DNA of 57,665 bases from a virus (lineage: Duplodnaviria > Caudoviricetes), in IMG/VR virus record IMGVR_UViG_3300050132_000191, positions 1-57,665 of that record, one strand, 5' to 3'. The notes beneath the pieces were generated by a model that worked only from the letters and a program-made list of their open reading frames with translations, did not search any database and was not told the origin of the DNA. Made by a program: the position numbers and the translations under genes. Below are positions 16,586-25,883 of the stretch, one piece after another (within the stretch, counting starts at the first letter, position 1; every line of letters begins with the position of its first letter).

Positions 16586-17167
16586 CTAATAACCAATTGC
16601 AAACCATTTGAAGGTGCAAGTCTGATTAAAAGTTGTAAAACCCAAAACGTCAAGGACAGCAGAAAATCCGCTAAGTGTGTGGGATGGAGCCGCGAATACT
16701 GGGAATCCACCCGCGGAAGTATTTGCGTTGCCGTTGGGGGCTCCGGTGATACTGGCCACAGCGGAGGTGAAAGCAATAGGGAAAAACACGGATACAGAAG
16801 AGGTACTCACCCCTGAGGCCGGGGCGGTTTCCGTTCCCCATTGGAGTATCAGACCACCCGAAAGTTTATGATATCCGTTCGGGGAAAGGGCTTGCCCCGG
16901 GCCTTGCGTAGCAATTTTCAAATTTGCCAGAAGAGTAGCGGTAGTCCCGTCGTCTATTGCATCAGCACCGCTGAGATCCGAAATAAATTGTGCGAGCACA
17001 GCCGCCATTATGCTACTCTGCCTCCAGACCTTATTGAGCTGTACGCTTGGAGCAACCCCTGCGGTGAACCCCGTGGAAATAAGGGCGGGCAACGCTTCAT
17101 ATTGAACCTGAGTGAGCACGTTAGCACCAAGGCCAGAAGCGAAGGGTTTAAAATTGTTGACGGTCAT
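16586..17167 (-). CDS. Short tail fibre / baseplate-attached protein
   Basis: N-terminal NNFKPFA...LNKVWRQSS anchor; C-terminal NGY.KL.GGLILQWG...WFAIGY domain. Confidence 0.8.
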   Translation of the reverse strand: MTVNNFKPFASGLGANVLTQVQYEALPALISTGFTAGVAPSVQLNKVWRQSSIMAAVLAQFISDLSGADAIDDGTTATLLANLKIATQGPGQALSPNGYHKLSGGLILQWGTETAPASGVSTSSVSVFFPIAFTSAVASITGAPNGNANTSAGGFPVFAAPSHTLSGFSAVLDVLGFTTFNQTCTFKWFAIGY

Positions 17168-17178
17168 TTAATAATCTC

Positions 17179-17904
17179 CTAAGTAACGGTAATAGTTGCC
17201 CAGCTTGCAGTATCAAAACCCGCAAAATGTGCATTGTGTAAATTGAACGCGAACATTGGGTTATTGCCCGACTGCGTAAGGTATCCCGCTACTTTAACAG
17301 TGGCGGGTTTAATATCTAGTTTCCCCGTTGTAAGCAGTGCCATCACGATACCAGATGGCGGAGTAGAACCTGCCAAACCGATGTAAACGGATAAGTTAGA
17401 GAGGTCTTCGATAAATATAAAGTACCCAAAGGAACTGAAAACTATGTTTGCCAAGGTGTAAGCGTCAGGCGAGGAACCATCCCAGTAGTTATCCAGGATA
17501 CGGGATTCAATTAAAACTCGATAATATTGGTCAGGGAGCTGAATTAGCCCCGTCTCCAAGTCGTAGGGTCCTAACCACAAACCTTCATCCAGCCCCACAG
17601 TTGGGAGATCAAATGAAAAGTAAACCCCCGTAAGGGGTGTGGTCAGTTGTCTGTCCACACCCACCCATTGCCCAATTGTATCTAGCTGGCTACCCACAGC
17701 AATTCGCAAGTCGTACGCGGATGCTATGTTGTGGTAAAGGAGCGATAAATCCGCTGCCGGGAGCAACGAAGCCGCAACCATTGCCATGAAATTGGGTTTG
17801 CTTACGTGCTCGCTTGTAATTCTGTTCAACCACGTTGATACAGTGTACGGGGAGGAATCCACGTACCCTGGAGCCCAATAATTGTCTTCGCTGTAAGTGA
17901 GCAT
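17179..17904 (-). CDS. Baseplate wedge protein (DUF2612-like)
   Basis: ITSEH..KP.F, AVG.QLD.IGQWVG, N.WDG. Confidence 0.8.
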   Translation of the reverse strand: MLTYSEDNYWAPGYVDSSPYTVSTWLNRITSEHVSKPNFMAMVAASLLPAADLSLLYHNIASAYDLRIAVGSQLDTIGQWVGVDRQLTTPLTGVYFSFDLPTVGLDEGLWLGPYDLETGLIQLPDQYYRVLIESRILDNYWDGSSPDAYTLANIVFSSFGYFIFIEDLSNLSVYIGLAGSTPPSGIVMALLTTGKLDIKPATVKVAGYLTQSGNNPMFAFNLHNAHFAGFDTASWATITVT

Positions 17905-17916
17905 AAAAGTTTAAAT

Positions 17917-19173
17917 TTAAGTTGCGCTCATATACCAACCGGACACATGACCATTTCCGACCACACAGGGGCTCTGCAGCGACCCGGCACCTGTGATTGT
18001 CATGTAATTTAGGTTGCCCGCGTCAAAGATGCCCGAGAGCCCAAAGGAGCTGCTAACTCCAGAAGCCGCCCCAAAGGCCGTCGAAGTTGCCGTAGTTGGG
18101 AGCCCGATATGCAAGTTTCCTGTGGCCGACCCCACCGTGGTGATGGAGTAGAAAACATCAAAGTAAACAAGATTTCCCACTCGATATGTGTAGGCGGACA
18201 CAATGGCAGCAGTTGACAGCGCTCCCGCTGACGACGCAATTGAAGATGTGTATGCTGATTCAGCCGCCGGCAGATTTGACCCTTGGAGATTCCCAGTTGC
18301 AATCACATTCCCAGTGACCCCAAGGCCATAAGCCCCAAGCACCGCCCTGTTGGTGCTTGAAACGTTAAAGAATATAGCCGAAGAGTTTGTCGAAATCCCA
18401 TGCCCGGATTGAAACTGAATATCGTAGCCGTGGTAGGCCCCTTTGGATAGGTCAAGCCCAATTTGCCACCCCCCAGCGACTGCATAGGCTGCGTAGGCCG
18501 CGTAGGTTGTTTGTTGCGCCCCAGTCGCATAGGACATCACACCATAGGATGCGTAGCGGTTATCAGCTGCCTTCTTATCAACAATAAAAAGTCCAGCGGT
18601 CATGGGGGCAGCTACCGCCGCGTTCGTCCCATCGTAGTCGTGTACTTGGATGCCTACCCCTTCCAGGTAGTTTCCAGCAGTTCCGACGTAGAGGTTAGTT
18701 GAAAAGCCACCCATCTCTTGATATGCTGGGTCTGTAGGAACCCCACTAGTCATGAGGGCCCCAGGCGCCCAGGGGCCCGCTGGGATACTCGTCAGCGGGG
18801 TAAGCCCGGCGGGGATCACTCCGTATGCGTAGTTAAACTGGAAATGCGAGTTTGCCATCGCGTTGCTGGTTGTAGCGACGGTGAGCTGGGCGTTGACATA
18901 CGACCCCCACAGGTCCGCCGCCGTCTTACCAGCTCGGTTTGTCAGACCTGTCCCTGGGTAATACCCTGTGTGGTAGTTCAGATTCCCCCCACCAGTTAGC
19001 GCTGCTGGGGTCCAGGCTACCCCCGCCCCATTCGTAACTACGCGCCCCCAGGCGTTTCCAGTGTAGTTGCTATCGGTTGCTGTATATTTAACATCATTTA
19101 CCTGAAAGGTTCCTGTAAAGGGTGTTGTAATTGCAGTATTTATAAGCTGGGATTGACCGAAGGTTTTAGTCAT
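17917..19173 (-). CDS. Putative tail fibre/spike receptor-binding protein
   Basis: Gly/Thr/Ala/Ser-rich beta-type sequence; C-terminal Y.RVGNLV...GLP domain; ATG 19173. Confidence 0.65.
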   Translation of the reverse strand: MTKTFGQSQLINTAITTPFTGTFQVNDVKYTATDSNYTGNAWGRVVTNGAGVAWTPAALTGGGNLNYHTGYYPGTGLTNRAGKTAADLWGSYVNAQLTVATTSNAMANSHFQFNYAYGVIPAGLTPLTSIPAGPWAPGALMTSGVPTDPAYQEMGGFSTNLYVGTAGNYLEGVGIQVHDYDGTNAAVAAPMTAGLFIVDKKAADNRYASYGVMSYATGAQQTTYAAYAAYAVAGGWQIGLDLSKGAYHGYDIQFQSGHGISTNSSAIFFNVSSTNRAVLGAYGLGVTGNVIATGNLQGSNLPAAESAYTSSIASSAGALSTAAIVSAYTYRVGNLVYFDVFYSITTVGSATGNLHIGLPTTATSTAFGAASGVSSSFGLSGIFDAGNLNYMTITGAGSLQSPCVVGNGHVSGWYMSAT

Positions 19174-19208
19174 AAACTCTTTCACTGTAAGCAATTAAAC
19201 CAAGTTCC

Positions 19209-19787
19209 TTAAACATAAAGACCCGCGTTGTAGCCTGCTGGCGGGGTATAGGTTAGGGGGGTTGCGCCGAAGTTGGCGGTAGCGGACATAAAATTGTTGC
19301 TTCCAACCATCGCAAACAACGCCTGCCCGTTTAGGCCATAGGTTGCTAGGGTCAGCGCTCCTTGGAGCCCACCATTTTTATAGAAACTCACAGCCCCGGC
19401 TGCTTGGTCCAACGCGATGCCTATAACGTCAGTTGAGATATACGCCGAGTAAGTAGCAATGCTTCCCCCGCTAACTCGTACATGTCCGTCATTACAATAA
19501 CCTAGCGCGTTGGCGTCGGCCCCAACGTATGTAAATGCCGCGGACGCGGTTGCTATGCCCACGGATACCGTTCCGCCAGTTTGCGCGTTGGTATTTTCCC
19601 AATACCATTTGCCCGCGGTTTTATTAATGGTTGACCTCACGCCATTGGTAAAGCCTGTTGGCGCTGTGGCTACGAGATCCCCTGCAGACAGCGTTATAGT
19701 GGTGGCTTTATCCGCAGGATTCCAGGTGGCGTAAGTGATTGCAGGCGCGGCGCCCCTACCCATCAGCATCATCGTTTGCCCAAGCAT
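19209..19787 (-). CDS. SPRY/ConA-like beta-sandwich virion protein
   Basis: ATWNPAD, GKWYWE, DVIGIALD, FYKNG, ANFG; TAATG overlap with the fibre gene. Confidence 0.75.
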   Translation of the reverse strand: MLGQTMMLMGRGAAPAITYATWNPADKATTITLSAGDLVATAPTGFTNGVRSTINKTAGKWYWENTNAQTGGTVSVGIATASAAFTYVGADANALGYCNDGHVRVSGGSIATYSAYISTDVIGIALDQAAGAVSFYKNGGLQGALTLATYGLNGQALFAMVGSNNFMSATANFGATPLTYTPPAGYNAGLYV

Positions 19788-21703
19788 TATGCAACCCCCA
19801 CAAGGCGCCACTTGCTTGTATCAGCTCGCCACACAAAGCCCATGTCAAGCCTTGCTGTTGTTACTGTCGTAGTAGGTAGAGCCACAGTGGAGGCCTCAAA
19901 GGCGGTGCCCCATGTCAATGCTCTTGCGGCAGTTCCGGTGACGGCAATCCATAGTGGCTGTCCGTCCGTTGGCGTGCCCGATGGGTTGTTGAACAACAAT
20001 GCCCCGGCCTGCGCTGTGACAATATAAATATCAGTCACGTCCCCATTGATTGTCGTGCTGGTCGTGTAACTCGTGCCAGTCACTGCCCTTGGTGTGTACC
20101 GCTTATTAGTCAGCGTGTCCGTGCTGGCTCTGCCAACAAGCGTGTCGGTAGTAGCCGGCATCGTTAATGTTGTTGCGTCAGTGCCCGCCAAGATTAAGGA
20201 GTTGCTGACGGTTAGTGTTTTTCCGTCAGCAATAGTTAAAGTCGCACCAGTAGCCGGGGCACTGATTGCTACTTTATTAATGCTGGTTGCGGAAGCAACA
20301 CCCAGCGTAGGGGTCCCCAGTGTTGGGGAACTGGCAAGGACAACACTGCCAGTTCCGGTGACTGAAAGTTCTTCCGCCGCCCCCACCCCTGCCGTAGCAC
20401 GCCCTAGCACCTTCGCGGTGGACATTGTAAGTCCATTGGCGGAGGCATAAGCGCTGGGCGCTACATAATCCGTTCCCGCGGCTGCGGCACTGAAAGAAGC
20501 TCCATTGCCCTTTACAAGCCCTGCGACACTGGTTGTCAGGGTGATTGCCGGGGTGGTTGTCGGAGTTGCAACTGTGCCAGCGAGGCCATTGACTGTAACC
20601 ACAGAGACAGACGTGACTGTCCCAGTGCCTCCACCGGCCGGAGTAGCAAATACCCCGTCCCCCCGCAGAAATGTCGTCGTATTGTTTGGCGGTGTGGGGA
20701 CTGCCCCACCCACAGTGGCGGACATCGTGGGTAGGTCCGAGTTGGCGGCGATCGACAACGCTCCTGTTGAAGTGGTGGACTTCAACAGTCCCGTCATAAG
20801 CGCCGCAGTGCCGATTGAATAATCCGTTCCGGCAGTTGCTGCTGACAGCGCTGCGCCATTGCCTTTGGCAATTCCCGTCACGCTCGTTGTAATGGTGATA
20901 ACAGGTGTTGTCGTTGGGGTGGCGACGGTCCCAGCAAAGCCGTTCGCTGTGGCGACGGACGCGCTAGTAACTGTCCCGGTTCCTAGCCCGTCCACGCCTT
21001 TGGGGACCCCGAAGTTAAACACTGCGGCGGAAGAAGTACCCACGTTTGTTACCGTAGCGGGAGACCCAGCGGCAATTGTTGTTGTAGTTCCTACCGCAAT
21101 GGTTGCCGCTGGTCCCGCTGGTCCAGTTACACCAGAAAACGTAAATGCTTCAACTAAATCATTAAGTGCTGCGCCGACGGTGAGCGAGAAGCTTGTGGGG
21201 CTTGTTTCTATGAAGTCAGCGGGGGAAAGGTGCACCCCGTTTATAAATAGCTGAAGGTTATGGCTTCCTGGTGTATAAGTGAAACTGACGGAAAAGGCTG
21301 TTTGGTTGAGGGTTGCGGTTGTCGGACTATAGTTTGTCGTAGGAGTACCCCCACCCCCACCCCCACCCCCACCCCCACCCCCACCCCCGCCCCCGCCAAT
21401 AGCAGCATACAGGGTGTCCCCATAGGCCTTGAATCCAGCTTTAATGATTGCCCAGGTGACTTCTTTTAGCGAAAACAGGTCTTCACTGTCCGCGATTGCA
21501 AATCCGTCTCCGTTGACCAGAATTGGCTTAAGTGCTGCCGCGTGGGTTTGAGCAATTGCGGCATCCCCCGCAGTTTGCACAGCGTGAGCAATCGCTACTT
21601 CGTTAGTATTAGCTGCGTTGGCGAGCCCCTGGAAATTACCGTCAACCTGCCCCCATGTGAGTTCAGTGCTTTGAGCGGAACGGAGGTCTGGTGTAAAAGG
21701 CAT
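19787..21703 (-). CDS. Long tail fibre-like protein
   Basis: 638 aa Thr/Gly/Ala-rich; Gly17 linker, short collagen motif, internal ~55-aa duplication. Confidence 0.75.
   Translation of the reverse strand: MPFTPDLRSAQSTELTWGQVDGNFQGLANAANTNEVAIAHAVQTAGDAAIAQTHAAALKPILVNGDGFAIADSEDLFSLKEVTWAIIKAGFKAYGDTLYAAIGGGGGGGGGGGGGGGGGTPTTNYSPTTATLNQTAFSVSFTYTPGSHNLQLFINGVHLSPADFIETSPTSFSLTVGAALNDLVEAFTFSGVTGPAGPAATIAVGTTTTIAAGSPATVTNVGTSSAAVFNFGVPKGVDGLGTGTVTSASVATANGFAGTVATPTTTPVITITTSVTGIAKGNGAALSAATAGTDYSIGTAALMTGLLKSTTSTGALSIAANSDLPTMSATVGGAVPTPPNNTTTFLRGDGVFATPAGGGTGTVTSVSVVTVNGLAGTVATPTTTPAITLTTSVAGLVKGNGASFSAAAAGTDYVAPSAYASANGLTMSTAKVLGRATAGVGAAEELSVTGTGSVVLASSPTLGTPTLGVASATSINKVAISAPATGATLTIADGKTLTVSNSLILAGTDATTLTMPATTDTLVGRASTDTLTNKRYTPRAVTGTSYTTSTTINGDVTDIYIVTAQAGALLFNNPSGTPTDGQPLWIAVTGTAARALTWGTAFEASTVALPTTTVTTARLDMGFVWRADTSKWRLVGVA
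20465..20983 (-). repeat. Internal ~55-aa duplication in the fibre gene (approximate ends)
   Basis: GTGTVTS.SV.T.NG.AGTVATPTTTP.IT.TTSV.G..KGNGA..SAA.AGTDY occurs twice. Confidence 0.8.
21347..21397 (-). repeat. (GGGGGT)n hexamer microsatellite encoding 17 Gly
   Basis: (CCCCCA)n run visible on the + strand. Confidence 0.95.
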
Positions 21704-22891
21704 TTAAATCACCGTAAGCGTAATGTCAGCAGCCAGGGATGAGGCAGCTTGATTGAAAAGAATGACCAGCGGCGTTGTACCTGTTGGGGCAGGGGAAATT
21801 CCTAACGCAAAAGCGGTCACATAAAAAGTCTGCCCGACTCCCAATGTAATAAGAGAAGCGGCGGCTTGCGCCTGCGCCGTGTACACATCCTCCCCAATTG
21901 CTAACTCATTTGTGAAAGCAGCGAGCGCGTTAATAATTGAAACACCTGTTGAAGAAACATAACCAGGCAGGGCTTTGATGGTTATTGCGTAATAAATAGG
22001 GACCGGCGCGAGCACAAAGTAGTTGACCACAGCGGACAAACCATAGGTCCCGTACACAATCACGCTGGTTGTCCCAAATGTTTGGGCCCCAATACTTTTC
22101 TTGCTTGAAATGGCTGCACCAATGGCCGCACTATCTCCCCCCTGCACCACCACAGCAAGAGAATGCGCGGGGATTCCGTTCGCGTCGGTTGCTGAAGTAT
22201 CGTTTTCCAGGCATATATAACGGGTGACCCCGGGGACATTCCCAATCGCAGCAGACATGGACTCCAGGATGGTAAGAGCAGGCAACGCGGTCGAAGTAGT
22301 CTGGCGAAGACGCAATTCAGCATCGGACTCCACAGCAGCCCCTGGCGTGGCGTCCGCCGTGCTGGTGAAGGTTTGCCATCCGAGTTGGGGCGTGGCAATA
22401 GAGTTGATTGTTCCAGACGGGGCAACCGTTGCCCCCGGTTTCTGTGAGGTGACGGTGGCAGTTACGCTTCCGCCAATCGGAACTATCACAACTGGTGGGA
22501 GGTTCCAGGAGTTCCCGGAAATGTCTTTCACGACCCCCGAAGTGATAACCGTACCCGCGACACCGATCACTGTTCCCGGGGCTGTAGACAAGGATGATGA
22601 TTTGCGGGTGAGACCGTTGATCAAGGTGAGGGCGGATAGACCCGCGCCTTGTGCATAAGTTGGGGAGAAAGAAAGGAAGCAGGCGATTGCTGCCTGATTG
22701 GATTCATAAATGGCGAGAGCGAGAACTGCAATCCATTGCCCGTCCTGGGAATCCGCCGTAACATACACTCCGGAACCGTAAATCAATCTAAATGAAGCGA
22801 GCAGGCTTTGATAGATGTCTTCATAGGAAGGCGCGGAGATGCCCGTGCTATCAATTGTGGGCGCCAGCGTTGCAAGAGGGTAGGAACTCAT
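21704..22891 (-). CDS. Baseplate J/gp47-like protein
   Basis: DSQDGQ, G..VESDAELRLR, ENDT..TD.NGIPAHS. Confidence 0.9.
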   Translation of the reverse strand: MSSYPLATLAPTIDSTGISAPSYEDIYQSLLASFRLIYGSGVYVTADSQDGQWIAVLALAIYESNQAAIACFLSFSPTYAQGAGLSALTLINGLTRKSSSLSTAPGTVIGVAGTVITSGVVKDISGNSWNLPPVVIVPIGGSVTATVTSQKPGATVAPSGTINSIATPQLGWQTFTSTADATPGAAVESDAELRLRQTTSTALPALTILESMSAAIGNVPGVTRYICLENDTSATDANGIPAHSLAVVVQGGDSAAIGAAISSKKSIGAQTFGTTSVIVYGTYGLSAVVNYFVLAPVPIYYAITIKALPGYVSSTGVSIINALAAFTNELAIGEDVYTAQAQAAASLITLGVGQTFYVTAFALGISPAPTGTTPLVILFNQAASSLAADITLTVI

Positions 22892-23241
22892 AGACTAGTT
22901 GATAGCGTTGTTTGCCCGTAAATCGTATCGATGGTGCAGTTAACACCAGCGGCTCTAGAACTCGAATCCACTTGACTGGAGTATGAAACAATCCGCGTCA
23001 CACCATTAGTATTCAGAATCACCTCCTGAATAGCCTGGTCATACTGCGAAACTGTTCCAGCGCCCAATATGCGCGAATTGTACGGGGTCCCCTGCGAAGT
23101 GTCAAGAAACCACTCCCCTTCTATCAACCCTAGCCTGGTCTTCACAGCCTGACCAACTGCTTCGGGGGAATCCGTGAAAAAGTTTCCGGAGCCTTGGCCG
23201 AATGTGTAATCGCCGTTTGCGTCTAATTTCCGATAATTCAT
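22888..23241 (-). CDS. Baseplate wedge protein (gp25/gp46-like)
   Basis: YRKLD.NGDYTFG, TRL.L..GEWFLD, IDTIYG. Confidence 0.85.
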   Translation of the reverse strand: MNYRKLDANGDYTFGQGSGNFFTDSPEAVGQAVKTRLGLIEGEWFLDTSQGTPYNSRILGAGTVSQYDQAIQEVILNTNGVTRIVSYSSQVDSSSRAAGVNCTIDTIYGQTTLSTSL

Positions 23242-23894
23242 GTTGGTCCCCCTGTGCTAGATCCGCCCGAAGCAACGCCACCGTGAACGTGCGTGCTTCC
23301 AATGTTGACGCCATTATTGTGAAGTGCCCCTGTGATGGAAACATCCCCAATAAGTGCTATTGAGGGGGCGGTGATGGAAGCGGAACCTGGAGTCACCACC
23401 TTGACAGCGGTTCCGTCAATTTCAATATAAACCGTTCCAGCATTATTTCTCAACTGAACTGCATTCGTGGATAAATTTGGTTGAACGTGGGGGGTCGAAC
23501 TTATGCCAGCAAATACAAATCCGTCAGAAAGATCATGCATCCGAGTGGCGGCTTGGATATCAATCCCCCCGCTTTGCCACCATGCGTCAATGCAACGCGA
23601 AGAAAATACCACAAGGCATTCGTCACCCGCTGTGATTGGGAATGTAAGGGTGTACCCGCCACCTGACGGAAAGTACACCGGGCAATCCAGAAGTAGCGGA
23701 AGCGATACCCAGCTCTTGCTCCCGTCAGCCGCAGTCACACGGGCTTGGATTGTGGGCTGTACAGTGCAGGTTTTGGCCACAGGGTCATAGCTCTGCACAA
23801 TACCGGGCAGCGCGGTCCATACGTCCGCCTGCCAGCCCTGTAGCATGGACATTAGAGCTTCCTGCGGGCTTTCAAATCGTTCGAGTCTGTTCAT
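23238..23894 (-). CDS. Baseplate central spike
   Basis: TALPGIV, GDECLVVF..RCID.WW, RMHDLSD, C-terminal THVH metal-binding tip. Confidence 0.88.
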   Translation of the reverse strand: MNRLERFESPQEALMSMLQGWQADVWTALPGIVQSYDPVAKTCTVQPTIQARVTAADGSKSWVSLPLLLDCPVYFPSGGGYTLTFPITAGDECLVVFSSRCIDAWWQSGGIDIQAATRMHDLSDGFVFAGISSTPHVQPNLSTNAVQLRNNAGTVYIEIDGTAVKVVTPGSASITAPSIALIGDVSITGALHNNGVNIGSTHVHGGVASGGSSTGGPT

Positions 23895-24892
23895 TGTGGA
23901 ATCACCCCTTTATCCGCTGGGACCGTCATATCGACCGCCAGGCCAATGATATTCGTGTACCAATTATGGCCCCGGGAATCGCCTTCGTGCTCTACCACGA
24001 AGGCGCGATATACCCCGTCCGCGGACAGCGGCGCAATGTTCTGGAATGCTGCCCATTGGTTATATGCAATGGGTGCGGCGTTGGAATCGCGCTGCATCGT
24101 CTGCACGATTTCGGAATTATTAAGCTGTACCAGCGCCCCAATTCTTATCCGGCTATTGAGGAGGCACTGAATCTTAATCCCTTCCCCTGTCTGCTCCGGT
24201 AAACCGATAAGCCCCGTGGCTACATTTATCTTGACAGCGGTGCCCTCTTGATACCCTTCATTGGCTGTGACTACCACCTTGCCATCCTGAATTGACCAGC
24301 TTGCATCCAGATTGGAAGTTAGATTGCGAAGTCTTGCGCGTGCCATCCCGAATAGTACAGTCCCCCGGATACTCGGGATATGTTGCTTGTCGATTTTCAG
24401 TGCCCCCGTATCCATGTCAGCTATGCCGGGCATGGCGCCTGCGGCCGTTTGCATTGCAGTGTAAGCCGTGGTGCCCTTCGCAAGGGATGCGCGAACGATG
24501 CCTTGGTTGTATCCAATATCACCGTCAGCGGCAAAGATGTCAAGGTAACTGTCTTTCGCATTCTCACGGCCGACGCGGAATTGCTTAATGGAGCCCTGAA
24601 AAATTACACCATAATTTCCCCCTTCATAACCAGCGTTGAGAACGACACCAGTGAATTCTCCTTTGCCGGTTATCTGGGCAATAGTTTTGTCTGCTAAGTT
24701 GTAAACACGAATGGAACAGTTGTTCGGGGATTCCGTATCCGTGTTCTGCGTCTGAAAGCGAATGCGGAAAGCGCCCAGCTCCAGACCTTTATCCCCACCC
24801 TGGAGCAACAAGCTAACGCGGCGAATCCATTGCGTGTTGTTTTGCCGTTTGCCTGTCGCAGTGGCGGGTGCGAGGACTGTTGGATCGCTCAT
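23891..24892 (-). CDS. Baseplate hub protein
   Basis: PN...IRVYNL, L.AGY, IFQGSI, WSIQDG, TGLIG.P; synteny. Confidence 0.85.
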   Translation of the reverse strand: MSDPTVLAPATATGKRQNNTQWIRRVSLLLQGGDKGLELGAFRIRFQTQNTDTESPNNCSIRVYNLADKTIAQITGKGEFTGVVLNAGYEGGNYGVIFQGSIKQFRVGRENAKDSYLDIFAADGDIGYNQGIVRASLAKGTTAYTAMQTAAGAMPGIADMDTGALKIDKQHIPSIRGTVLFGMARARLRNLTSNLDASWSIQDGKVVVTANEGYQEGTAVKINVATGLIGLPEQTGEGIKIQCLLNSRIRIGALVQLNNSEIVQTMQRDSNAAPIAYNQWAAFQNIAPLSADGVYRAFVVEHEGDSRGHNWYTNIIGLAVDMTVPADKGVIPQ

Positions 24893-25200
24893 GGTGTTAC
24901 AAAATAAAGGTGGCTGGTTATACCAAGATTCTCATAAGTTGGGGGCTCGTTCGAAGCATTGTCCGTCTGAGCAATCAGCTGGCCCCCGAAATTCATGTAC
25001 CCGTATGGAGCCAGCAAATCGACGTTAGCAACGAGCGGGAGACCCGCCAATAGGGGAGTGCCGACTAGCGTTGCTATGTCCAGCACCCAAGCACCTACCG
25101 CGCTGCTCCAGCGTACAGTAAGCCTATAGGAGGTCCCTGCCAGCGCAATCGTAAAGGTCTGCGAATCCGGGGTCAACGGGATTTCGAAAGTTGCCATCAT
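24889..25200 (-). CDS. Small baseplate protein
   Basis: EIPLTP..Q.F.I.L, PLV..VDLL..Y; synteny. Confidence 0.8.
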   Translation of the reverse strand: MMATFEIPLTPDSQTFTIALAGTSYRLTVRWSSAVGAWVLDIATLVGTPLLAGLPLVANVDLLAPYGYMNFGGQLIAQTDNASNEPPTYENLGITSHLYFVTP

Positions 25201-25883
25201 TTCCCCGATCGAGTTGACTGCTGGCCGTTGTCAACTGTCGAAGCGGTAAGCTCCGGTGACGCCTGGTATTTCTTGTCGAGTTGCACTGTCTGAGTTCCCA
25301 CGAGGATCACCTGCTGGCATACCATTTTGATTGGGAGGGAATTAGCCGATTTGTAATCCGATTCTGTGGATAGTGACTTACAGACCATATTCGTATAGAA
25401 ACGCTTGCCTGTATAAATCGAGAACAGGGCGCGAGTCATTTGCAAGTTCAGGAGGCTTGCATAAATAATTTTGATCTGAGCAATACCGTCGCCGTTCAGG
25501 TTACTCTGGACCCCGAGCGCACCTTGCACAATGCTGCCGACATTAGCCAGATTTTTTGCTAACGGTGATATTGCTGCGGCTGCACCGATAAGTTGGTTGA
25601 CAAGCGAGCCGGAGGAAGAAGGGGAATTAGACCACCCCAAATGAAGCGTCACTTCCGCGGGTCGCTTATATGCGTGATCCGCAATCGACGCACCTTGCTC
25701 AACGGGGTGCTCCGTGATCTCTAATGTGTCAACATGGGCTTCCTCAATCACCGCCTGAGCAGTGATATCAGGAAGCGAGGAACCATCCGCCAGTTTAATG
25801 TTCCTGAACCCCCGCTGGGGTTTGATGACAATAGACTGGAGCCCTAGTTGGAGCCCGGCGTTAACGAAACCTGAAAAGTTCAT
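25197..25883 (-). CDS. Tail tube initiator / Dit-like baseplate protein
   Basis: EE.H.D.LEITEHPVEQGA.IADHAY, TGKR.Y.NM. Confidence 0.82.
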   Translation of the reverse strand: MNFSGFVNAGLQLGLQSIVIKPQRGFRNIKLADGSSLPDITAQAVIEEAHVDTLEITEHPVEQGASIADHAYKRPAEVTLHLGWSNSPSSSGSLVNQLIGAAAAISPLAKNLANVGSIVQGALGVQSNLNGDGIAQIKIIYASLLNLQMTRALFSIYTGKRFYTNMVCKSLSTESDYKSANSLPIKMVCQQVILVGTQTVQLDKKYQASPELTASTVDNGQQSTRSGK

